The position numbers were made by a program, and so were the translations under genes. From contig DATGUN010000088.1 in the NCBI GenBank assembly GCA_035301285.1, positions 18,582 to 82,581 on the forward strand: a stretch of DNA of 64,000 nucleotides, in the 5' to 3' direction. Positions 44,866-52,370 of this stretch are shown piece after piece. The stretch's first letter is position 1. Every line of letters begins with the position of its first letter. Below the pieces are notes generated by a model that saw only the letters and a list, made by a program, of their open reading frames with translations, had not been told where the DNA came from and ran no database searches. This DNA is from Virgibacillus sp. GTDB lineage: Bacteria; Bacillota; Bacilli; Bacillales; Amphibacillaceae.

Positions 44866-45807
44866 ATGAACAGGTTTTTATCATTGTTTTTAGTTGTAAC
44901 AGGAATCGTATTACTGCTTGCAAGTTGTGGAAAAAGCGGTGCATCTGATACAAATGGTGGAAATGAAGGGGCTATACAGGCAGTAGGAAGTTTCTCGATT
45001 GTATCAGACATCGTCAATGAAATAGGTGGCGATTTTGTCGATGTCCATAATGTCGTCGATGTTGGCAATGAACCGCATGAGTACGAACCCAAACCGGAAG
45101 ATACGAAAAAAACCGAAGACGCAGATATATTTTTTTATAACGGTATGAATCTCGAAGGCGGTGATTCCGGATGGGTCAGCAAATTATTGGAATCAGTCGG
45201 CAAAGAAGACGATAAAGTTTTCGAGGTGACTGAAGGCGTTGAACCGAAATATCTTGGGGAAGAAGAAGGAAATGATGGTGAAATAAATCCACACGCATTC
45301 CTTGATCCGAATGTCGGGATCCAGATGGCTGAAAACATCCGTGATGGTTTGGTCAAAGTCGATCCCGATCACGAGGATGAATATAATGAGAATGCTGATG
45401 AATATATCAATGAATTAAAAGATATCGATCAGGAGTATCAAGACAAGATTGATGACATTCCCGAAGAAGACCGTGTGTTCTTTTCCAGTGAACGCGCCTA
45501 TCAATATATGACTGAGCGTTATGGCTTGAAAGAAGGGTTTATCTGGGAAATCGATACAGAGGATATCGGTACCCCAGATCAGATTAAATCCGCTGTGAAG
45601 TTTGTTGAAGATAATGATCCACCATCATTGTTCGTGGAATCGAATGTAGATAAGCGGCATATGGAAACTGTATCGGATGAAACGGATGTGGAAATATCCC
45701 ATACAATCTATTCAGATGAATTAGGAAAAGAAGGTGAAGAAGGAGAGACTTATCTCGGCTTTCTTAAAAGTAACATTGATGATATTTACGATGGGCTAAA
45801 TAGGTAG
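44866..45807 (+). CDS. Metal ABC transporter substrate-binding lipoprotein, Mn-type ligand set
   Basis: Lipobox LLASC. Ligand contexts EPHEYEP and INPHAF, with Glu at the third ligand position (FSSERAYQY) and FVESNVD. No His-rich loop. Start ATG 44866 after AAAGGAGAG. Confidence 0.85.
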   Translation: MNRFLSLFLVVTGIVLLLASCGKSGASDTNGGNEGAIQAVGSFSIVSDIVNEIGGDFVDVHNVVDVGNEPHEYEPKPEDTKKTEDADIFFYNGMNLEGGDSGWVSKLLESVGKEDDKVFEVTEGVEPKYLGEEEGNDGEINPHAFLDPNVGIQMAENIRDGLVKVDPDHEDEYNENADEYINELKDIDQEYQDKIDDIPEEDRVFFSSERAYQYMTERYGLKEGFIWEIDTEDIGTPDQIKSAVKFVEDNDPPSLFVESNVDKRHMETVSDETDVEISHTIYSDELGKEGEEGETYLGFLKSNIDDIYDGLNR

Positions 45808-45818
45808 CCCTCATTTAC

Positions 45819-45852
45819 AAACCCGGTGCATTGTTAATGGTGCCGGGTTTTT
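45819..45852 (+). terminator. Intrinsic terminator after the metal ABC operon
   Basis: AAACCCGGTGC pairs with GTGCCGGGTTT, followed by T-run. Confidence 0.8.
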
Positions 45853-45939
45853 ATTCGTACCTTGCTTTTGTTAAGGTTTGGTTTTACCCACTTTTTTTGC
45901 TAAAATATAATGCATGGTTATATTGAGGGGGAAACATCC

Positions 45940-46407
45940 ATGCCCAAAGGAAGCGGAAAAACACTTGCCCAAAATAAAAAGGCATCACATGATTATTTTA
46001 TCGAGGAAACATATGAAGCAGGAATCGTTTTAAAGGGAACGGAAATTAAATCGATCCGGGCCGGGCGCATTAACATAAAAGATGCCCATGCACGCGTAGA
46101 CCGGGGAGAAGTCCAACTGATCAATCTGCATATCGCTCCCTATGAACAAGGGAACCGTTTTAATCATGACCCTACGAGGACACGGAAACTTCTTTTGCAT
46201 CGTAAAGAAATCGATAAACTGACAGGGCTTATCCAGCAGAAAGGCTATACGCTTGTTCCGTTAAAGATATATATCAAAAATGGCGTTGCCAAAATATTGC
46301 TGGGACTCGGAAAAGGGAAAAAGAAATACGATAAACGGGAAGACCTCAAGCGGAAACAAATGAAACGGGATGCAGACCGGGCGATAAAAGAGCGGAGTCA
46401 AATGTAA
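45940..46407 (+). CDS. smpB: SsrA-binding protein
   Basis: [12 protein letters not shown] and GTEIKS motifs. Start at ATG 45940. Confidence 0.95.
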   Translation: MPKGSGKTLAQNKKASHDYFIEETYEAGIVLKGTEIKSIRAGRINIKDAHARVDRGEVQLINLHIAPYEQGNRFNHDPTRTRKLLLHRKEIDKLTGLIQQKGYTLVPLKIYIKNGVAKILLGLGKGKKKYDKREDLKRKQMKRDADRAIKERSQM

Positions 46408-46435
46408 AGAAGTTATTGGTAAAAGACAGCATACC

Positions 46436-46463
46436 TTGATTTTATGCGTAAATATGCTATACT
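46436..46463 (+). promoter_or_regulatory. SigA promoter of ssrA
   Basis: TTGATT (46436-46441), 16-nt spacer, extended -10 TGCTATACT (46455-46463). About 55 nt upstream of the mature tmRNA 5' end. Confidence 0.6.
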
Positions 46464-46519
46464 TTATATAGTGAATATGAACAGAATAATTCATATTCCG
46501 AGCGTATCTCATTCTACAT

Positions 46520-46880
46520 GGGGACGTTACGGATTCGACAGGGATAGATCGAACTTAGGCAGCGCGTCGAGGCTACGGCTCGTAAAACGTTACGCCAATA
46601 ATAACTGGCAAAGAAACAAATCAACCTGCTTTAGCAGCTGCGTAAGTAGTTCTAAAGCGATCCTTCCTGTACTCGCCCGTGGTACAGACAGAAGGGTCTC
46701 AAATGAAGCGGGCTATACTTTCACTCGCTGTCTGAGGGTGACAGTTGAAATCAATCAGGCTAGCTGCTCGTAAGCCTGTTGGTAGGCCAAAGAGTAAGCG
46801 AAACAATAATATATCAACTACACGCGTAGACGCTTAAGTGGCGATATCTTTGGACGTGGGTTCGATTCCCACCGTCTCCA
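46520..46880 (+). ncRNA. ssrA: tmRNA (SsrA)
   Basis: 5' GGGGACG pairs with 3' CGTCTCC, plus discriminator A. T-arm GGGTTCGATTCCC. Tag ORF GGC AAA GAA ACA AAT CAA CCT GCT TTA GCA GCT GCG TAA at 46607-46645 gives (A)GKETNQPALAAA. CCA not encoded. Confidence 0.93.
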
Positions 46881-46886
46881 TAAATA
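46866..46886 (+). repeat. attL-type direct repeat (tmRNA 3' end)
   Basis: TTCCCACCGTCTCCAT (16/16) is identical to 49836-49851. The match extends to 21 nt with one mismatch. Confidence 0.7.
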
Positions 46887-46946
46887 AGCTTCAAACCATT
46901 GATGCGACAGTATTCATATTTTCGTGATACGATTTGTGATACTGTT

Positions 46947-47306
46947 TCATCTAAAATCCCCTATTTTTACCACATCAGCCGGTTTAAAATCATCCTCCAT
47001 TTTTGCAACAGCATCATCTTCTTTACTAGGATATAAATGACTGTATATATCATAAGTAGTTGACGTATTGGCATGTCCTAATCGTTTAGAAACAATTTGA
47101 ATGTCATTGCCCATGTTTATTAAATAAGACGCGTGAGAGTGTCTAAAATCATGAATACGGATTCGTTTCACTTTTGATGATTTGATATATGTTTCATAAT
47201 GGTTGTCGATTGATGTTTGCGGCATATGATCGTAAAATTCACCGAATACAATATAGTCACTTTTAACGTGTTGCGATAGCTTTAACTCACTTAATAAATT
47301 TTCCAA
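46947..47306 (-). pseudogene. Tyrosine recombinase (phage integrase) C-terminal fragment
   Basis: Only 119 codons, carrying the catalytic-domain signatures IHDFRHSHAS and LGHANTSTTYDIYSH (H-x-x-R ... Y). A stop lies 2 codons upstream of the TTG. Only 121 nt separate it from the next gene, so about 250 N-terminal codons are missing. Confidence 0.8.
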
Positions 47307-47384
47307 TGTGTTTTAAGTAGTGGAGAAACTCCATGAGAAATAACCCATGCTGTTGCGGATGTATGTTCCTTTTTATTGTATAAG

Positions 47385-47417
47385 ATATGGTGTACAAAAG
47401 ATGTACACCTACCATAT
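47385..47417 (-). terminator. Hairpin just downstream of the island lipoprotein genes
   Basis: GGTGTACA (47389-47396) pairs with TGTACACC (47402-47409), with flanking ATATGG/CCATAT. It lies about 11 nt after the stop at 47428-47430. The T-tract is modest. Confidence 0.5.
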
Positions 47418-47427
47418 TTTCACTAAA

Positions 47428-48096
47428 CTATTCAGAAAAGCTTACATTTATAAACATAGTAATTATACCCATTTCAGGTATATTATCATTTGTAGAAAAC
47501 GTCACTGTATAATCATCGGTAAAATAAATTCCGTTGTGACTTGGCAAAGCTTTTTCAAACTCATCCATAAATTCTTCTGTATCAAAATTAAGTGATTCAG
47601 CCACATTTAACGTTGCAGCTAACCCATTTCCTTTGAGTTCTTGATAAGGTTCACTTGCTGGTATAACAACAATATAGGATTCCTCATTTCCTTCATAATC
47701 ATATAAAGTAGATATTATATATTCAGATGAACTAAACAATGTTTGAGAATACCCATCCCCTTTTTCTTCAGCAGGTTCAACATTCTCTATCAAATCTACG
47801 TTTTCATCATGAGTAGCAAGACTATTAAATTTGCCTATTAAATCCTTAACATCGTCACTATATATATCACTTTCTTCTATAGAATCTGAAGTGGTGCTTG
47901 CTTCAGTACCGGTTACTTCTTTCTTCTTTTCTGATAATCTCTGTTTTTCTTTTTTTTCTGTGTTATCTTCATTTTCCCCTGCACTCACGTTGTTATTCTT
48001 ATTATCGGCTTCATTACTACTATTGGTATCACTACCGCAAGCAGATAAACCGATCATTAGTAACACTACAGATAAAAATAACAGTGTTTTTTTCAC
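47428..48096 (-). CDS. Lipoprotein of unknown function (island cargo)
   Basis: AAGGAGG 7 nt before GTG 48096. Signal peptide and lipobox (LLMIGLSAC), an Asn/Glu/Lys-rich linker, then an acidic ~150-aa domain. No family recognised. Confidence 0.7.
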   Translation of the reverse strand: MKKTLLFLSVVLLMIGLSACGSDTNSSNEADNKNNNVSAGENEDNTEKKEKQRLSEKKKEVTGTEASTTSDSIEESDIYSDDVKDLIGKFNSLATHDENVDLIENVEPAEEKGDGYSQTLFSSSEYIISTLYDYEGNEESYIVVIPASEPYQELKGNGLAATLNVAESLNFDTEEFMDEFEKALPSHNGIYFTDDYTVTFSTNDNIPEMGIITMFINVSFSE

Positions 48097-48176
48097 TATG
48101 TATCCTCCTTTTTTGAACATACACATTTAAAATCCTAAGAATGGAACTTTTTATGATCATATTCTTCTGTGGTTAT

Positions 48177-48830
48177 TTAATCTATATTAAAAGTCATTTC
48201 TATATCTTCGCCAATATTTTCAAAATCTTCGTCGTGCGTTCCATCAATAAATAAATTTATTTCATTGATCTCATCTGCATCAGAATCTACTGTAAAAATA
48301 ACTTGACCGTCCTTTTTTACTTTCCCAATAAAATCACCGCCAACTTCGTCTGATAATAACATATCAGCATCCACTTGATCGCCTGCATCAGTTGTTATTG
48401 TAGCTTGATCGGGATAAAAACCGTTGGTGTTATCATCTGTGTTTTCAACATTCATTGAAATTGTTATGGTGGTTACTTCATCCTTACCATCAAAAAATTC
48501 CTGATAATCTTCACTTACTTCTAACTCTCCAACTTGTAGGGCATCCACATTTAAATTGATTGGACCACTTTCTGCATTTTCGTCTAATTCTTTGTCTTTA
48601 TAGGCGATGGAAAGTTTACCTATTTCGGACTCTTGTACATCTTCATTATTCGAATTAGATTCTTCCTCTATTTCTTCTTCTTTCTCTTCTTTTTCTTTGT
48701 TATCTTTCTTTTCTTCTGTTTTGTTGTTATTGGAATTATCGCTGCTTGCGCTCCGTTCTGAATCATCACAAGCGATTAATCCTCCAACCAATACCATCAA
48801 CAATAATAGATAAGTAAATCTTTTAAGCAT
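48177..48830 (-). CDS. Lipoprotein, possibly DUF4352-like (island cargo)
   Basis: GGGAGGG 6 nt before ATG 48830. Lipobox LVGGLIAC, a Lys/Glu-rich linker, then an acidic beta-rich domain (TITISMNVENT...DGQVIFTVD). This resembles Bacillus DUF4352 lipoproteins, but the match is from memory and tentative. Confidence 0.7.
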   Translation of the reverse strand: MLKRFTYLLLLMVLVGGLIACDDSERSASSDNSNNNKTEEKKDNKEKEEKEEEIEEESNSNNEDVQESEIGKLSIAYKDKELDENAESGPINLNVDALQVGELEVSEDYQEFFDGKDEVTTITISMNVENTDDNTNGFYPDQATITTDAGDQVDADMLLSDEVGGDFIGKVKKDGQVIFTVDSDADEINEINLFIDGTHDEDFENIGEDIEMTFNID

Positions 48831-48912
48831 AATTGACCCTCCCAAGTCTAGTTAAAAAGAACTATATAATATTTATAATAAAAACGACCATTGCGATCGT
48901 TTTATTATCGAC

Positions 48913-49330
48913 CTATTTTTTCTGATTCTTTTTGAATTTGATGAAGTCGTACACATCTTGTAGATCATCCGCAGACATTCCTTCTAAGTCATGGAACATT
49001 AAGTTGGTCTGGGAATACTTCTGATATTTTTTCATGATTGATAACTTTTTTGTCTTCATCATCAATCGTAAGGAATAAAGTTTGAATGCCTTAAGCCAAT
49101 TCGGAATCGGATGCATATTCGGCTTTTAAATATAAATCCGTTTTGTTCAAACATGTAGTTTCGGATATTATATCCAGAGTTGTTTTTGATGGGTTATGTT
49201 CCCCACGTTCGATTTTACATAAATGCGAAAAACTTATGCTTGTTAATTCGGAGAGGGACCGTAAAGACATTTTTTCTTTATCGCGATATTTTCTTATAAG
49301 GCTTCCTACATCGAAATTCATTTTAATCAT
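48913..49330 (-). pseudogene. cI/XRE-type phage repressor disrupted by a nonsense codon and a frameshift
   Basis: The HTH part (MSLRSLSELTSISFSHLCKIERGEHNPS) ends at TAA 49091-49093. The same frame then reads GIQTLFLTIDDEDKKVINHEKISEVFPDQLNVP to TGA 48989-48991. A shifted frame gives FHDLEGMSADDLQDVYDFIKFKKNQKK to 48913, a typical C-terminus of such repressors. Confidence 0.7.
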
Positions 49331-49463
49331 TAAATTCCTTCATACATTTATATTGTAGCGTATAACAACACAAAAACAAACATTTCTCTTGAGTGTTGAT
49401 AAATGACACATTAACTGTTGACACTGCGGAGTCAGGACACAACACGACACAAAAAAGAAGGGT

Positions 49464-49649
49464 TTGATATGGTTCTTATATAACGGTGTAAAGATTGGAT
49501 GGATACCTTGTATCAGACAAATCTTTAAAGAAATTGGTTCAGAGTTCGGTGTAAAAGTCGAAAGAGTAAGGCAAGTACGCAATATAGCAGAAAATAAAAT
49601 AGCGAGAAGTCTATTGAAAATTATTAAGAAAAAGAAATGCCTAAAATAA
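49464..49649 (+). pseudogene. Sigma-70 region 4-like HTH fragment (no credible start)
   Basis: IFKEIGSEFGVKVERVRQVRNIAENKIARSL resembles sigma-70 region 4.2 (EIGeefgVtrERvRQie.kAlrkL). The only in-frame start is a TTG 1 nt after a GAAGGG. Confidence 0.4.
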
Positions 49650-49835
49650 GGCATCTCTTTATACTGAGTGAACAAATTATATTTTATGTATAAAAAAGGG
49701 CCTCGAATTGACTGATACAGTAAATCACTATCCGAATAAACTATTTTTTACGTTAATCTTCTAATAACATCAAAACCAATGCTGTTGCTAATTTTAGTGT
49801 ACTTTTGATAAGTGAAGAAAACAAGCGTTCTTGTT

Positions 49836-49856
49836 TTCCCACCGTCTCCATCAATA
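49836..49856 (+). repeat. attR-type direct repeat (copy of tmRNA 3' end)
   Basis: TTCCCACCGTCTCCAT is identical to 46866-46881. Confidence 0.7.
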
Positions 49857-49879
49857 CATATTGTGTTGATGGTTTTTTT
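49848..49879 (+). terminator. Displaced native ssrA terminator
   Basis: CCATCAATACA pairs with TGTGTTGATGG (11 bp, one G-U), followed by T7. The stem begins inside the attR copy of the tmRNA end. Confidence 0.8.
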
Positions 49880-49983
49880 ATGGAATGAATTAAAAAGTTT
49901 ACATCAATCAGAAGTTGTAAGGTTGTTCTGATGAATCATTAGCGTTAAACTATTTACTATACATTACAGAGGAGGAATCATTT

Positions 49984-51042
49984 ATGGTTGCATACCCAAA
50001 TGCGCAAAAAACGAAGGAACTTATTAAGCAGTTGGTATCCATTCCCAGTCCGTCTGGATATACGGATGACGTTATCCAATTTGTGGAATCATATTTAAAG
50101 GATTTACAAGTGGACACAAGACGCAATAAGAAAGGTGGATTGATTGTTTCGTTACCGGGGAAACAGACGGATAAACACCGGATGCTGACTGCGCATGTCG
50201 ATACGCTTGGTGCTATGGTAAAAGAAGTGAAAGATAATGGGCGTCTTTGCCTTGATTTGATCGGCGGCTTCCATTACAACGCCATAGAAGGTGAATATTG
50301 TGAAATACATACATCAGATGGCAAAACGTTTACAGGTACGATTCTCATGCACCAAACGTCTGTCCATGTGTACAAAGATGCTGGCAAAGCCGAACGAAAT
50401 CAGGAGAACATGGAAGTACGCATCGACGCTAAGGTAAATAATGCGGCGGATGTTCGTCAAATAGGTATTGAAGTAGGTGACTTTGTATCATTTGACCCAC
50501 GTGTTGAGGAAACGGAAAACGGGTTCATCAAATCCCGCCATCTGGATGATAAAGCAAGTGTTGCGATTTTACTTCAGCTTATCAGACGGGTGAAAGATGA
50601 AAATGTGACATTGCCTTATACAACTCATTTTCTTATATCTAATAATGAAGAAATTGGGTATGGCGGGAATTCGAATATCACACCTGAAACAATCGAATAT
50701 TTGGCAGTGGATATGGGAGCGATCGGTGATGGTCAATCAACCGATGAATATACTGTTTCCATTTGCGTGAAAGATGGCAGTGGCCCTTACCATTATGGGT
50801 TACGCAAACAATTGACAAATCTTGCCGCGGCAAATAATATCGATTACCGCTTGGATATCTATCCATACTATACTTCAGATGCATCTGCAGCAATCCGAGC
50901 AGGTCATGATATCGTACATGGTTTGCTCGGCCCGGGAATTGATTCATCCCATGCATATGAACGGACGCATGAATCATCGCTCGATTGCACGGAGCAATTA
51001 TTGTACCACTATATACAATCGGACATGGTGGAGCAACGTTAG
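49984..51042 (+). CDS. M42 family metallopeptidase (glutamyl aminopeptidase / YsdC-like)
   Basis: 352 aa with PSPSGY, AHVDTLG, SRHLDDK and NNEEIG motifs. GAGGAGG SD. Confidence 0.85.
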   Translation: MVAYPNAQKTKELIKQLVSIPSPSGYTDDVIQFVESYLKDLQVDTRRNKKGGLIVSLPGKQTDKHRMLTAHVDTLGAMVKEVKDNGRLCLDLIGGFHYNAIEGEYCEIHTSDGKTFTGTILMHQTSVHVYKDAGKAERNQENMEVRIDAKVNNAADVRQIGIEVGDFVSFDPRVEETENGFIKSRHLDDKASVAILLQLIRRVKDENVTLPYTTHFLISNNEEIGYGGNSNITPETIEYLAVDMGAIGDGQSTDEYTVSICVKDGSGPYHYGLRKQLTNLAAANNIDYRLDIYPYYTSDASAAIRAGHDIVHGLLGPGIDSSHAYERTHESSLDCTEQLLYHYIQSDMVEQR

Positions 51043-51076
51043 GGTAAACGATTAATTAAGATACACGGTATACATG

Positions 51077-51110
51077 AAATGCACAGATAAATGATTCTGT
51101 GCATTTTTTT
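51077..51110 (+). terminator. Intrinsic terminator after the M42 peptidase gene
   Basis: AAATGCACAGA pairs with TCTGTGCATTT, followed by T-run. Confidence 0.85.
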
Positions 51111-51158
51111 ATATATCATTACGCCTCAGGACCTAGACGAAAATATATCTCAGGCTCA

Positions 51159-51187
51159 TTACACAAAACCTTTTTGCTCGATATGAT
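51159..51187 (+). promoter_or_regulatory. SigA-type promoter of the liaI-like gene
   Basis: TTACAC, 17-nt spacer, TATGAT. A candidate LiaR site lies 20-40 nt upstream (see findings). Confidence 0.5.
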
Positions 51188-51218
51188 GGATATAAGCTTA
51201 AGAAAGGAGGGAATCGTA

Positions 51219-51575
51219 ATGAAGAAATTTCTTTTGTTCTCAGTTGCATTGTTTGCATTGCTTGTGTTTTTAATGAACCTTGGTCCAATGATCATATTAG
51301 GGATCAGCATTTGGTTGTTGTATGTCGTATTTAAGCAATTTACAAAAAGCGAAACAACTTCAGGCAAGATAGGTTGGGTCATTCTAGGCCTTGTCATACT
51401 TGGCATTGGATTATCGAACGTGTTTTCAATTGTAGGTATTGCTGCGGCTATCGTTTTATATGTTCTGTATAAGCATTGGAAAAGGTCGAAAAATGATCCC
51501 ATTGATTTCAACGGAAATAACGATGATCCATTTACAAATTTTGAGCGTGAATGGGCTGAATTAAACCATTACTAA
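51219..51575 (+). CDS. liaI: LiaI-like small membrane protein
   Basis: 118 aa, 3-4 TM helices. The C-terminal FTNFEREWAELN resembles B. subtilis LiaI HFDDEWEEFL (from memory). Immediately precedes the pspA/liaH homologue. Confidence 0.65.
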   Translation: MKKFLLFSVALFALLVFLMNLGPMIILGISIWLLYVVFKQFTKSETTSGKIGWVILGLVILGIGLSNVFSIVGIAAAIVLYVLYKHWKRSKNDPIDFNGNNDDPFTNFEREWAELNHY

Positions 51576-51591
51576 AAAGGAGCGGATGAAG

Positions 51592-52224
51592 ATGTCGAAT
51601 ATTTTTACACGTATTAAAGATTCCATATCTGCGGATTTGCACGAGATGATGGATGAGAAGGAACAAAAAAAGCCAATGGCTGCACTCAATCAGTATTTGC
51701 GTCAAAGTGAGCAGGAAAAAGAAAAGGTGAGAAAACTTGTAGAACGGCAATATCGCCTGAAAGATGAATTCACGAGAGAGTATCATAAAGCACAGGATTT
51801 TGCAGATAAACGTCTGCGTCAGGCTGGTATCGCTGAAAAAGCTGGAGAAGATGATATGCATGAATTTGCAATGCAGGAGTATGAAGAATATCAAGCACGT
51901 GCCAAACATATGGAAACATGCCGAGAAGAAGCGGTTCAGCAACTTGAAACATTGGAACGTAAGTATGAAGAAATGAAGCATAAACTTAAAAACATGCACT
52001 TAAGAAGGATGGAATTAATGGGGCGGGAGAACGTTGCCCACGCTAATAATCAAATCAATCGAGTGATTGAAAATGTATCGGATAAACCATATTCCCGTTT
52101 CAGTGAAATGGAGCAATATATTGAAGGACTTGAATATAAAGTTAATAATGCTTTTTATCGCACAACTTTCGACAGTAAGATTGCAAAACTGGAACGTGAT
52201 ATGGAAGAGAAAGAAATCCAATAG
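51592..52224 (+). CDS. liaH: PspA/IM30 family protein LiaH
   Basis: Coiled-coil PspA-like protein (SNIFTRIKDSISADLHEMMD...). Start at ATG 51592, 9 nt after GGAG. Confidence 0.85.
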   Translation: MSNIFTRIKDSISADLHEMMDEKEQKKPMAALNQYLRQSEQEKEKVRKLVERQYRLKDEFTREYHKAQDFADKRLRQAGIAEKAGEDDMHEFAMQEYEEYQARAKHMETCREEAVQQLETLERKYEEMKHKLKNMHLRRMELMGRENVAHANNQINRVIENVSDKPYSRFSEMEQYIEGLEYKVNNAFYRTTFDSKIAKLERDMEEKEIQ

Positions 52225-52313
52225 TCGTTTATGTGATGACATGCCTTACAGGATGGTAACGAACATGATATACTGTCAATGAATATAGTCGATAATAAAA
52301 GCATTTTTAGGGG

Positions 52314-52346
52314 AATCGGCTGTTGAACGGCCGATTTATCCTGTTT
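52314..52346 (+). terminator. Hairpin between liaH and liaF (weak terminator/attenuator)
   Basis: AATCGGC (52314-52320) pairs with GCCGATT (52330-52336), followed by TATCCTGTTT. Confidence 0.4.
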
Positions 52347-52370
52347 AACAGTGAAGGGAGGAGCACCTCG

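Larger units (their letters stand above)
46866..49856. mobile_element. Decayed integrative element (prophage/ICE remnant) inserted in the 3' end of ssrA
   Basis: Bounded by direct repeats of the tmRNA 3' end. Contains an integrase fragment, a broken repressor, a sigma-region-4 fragment and two intact lipoprotein genes. By eye it is more AT-rich than its flanks. Confidence 0.7.

Noticed and set aside
47831-48813. Plus-strand ORFs 47831-48130, 47898-48116 and 48607-48813
   Set aside because: They are antisense to the low-complexity linkers of the two lipoprotein genes and give Ser/Leu/Phe-rich products with no SD.
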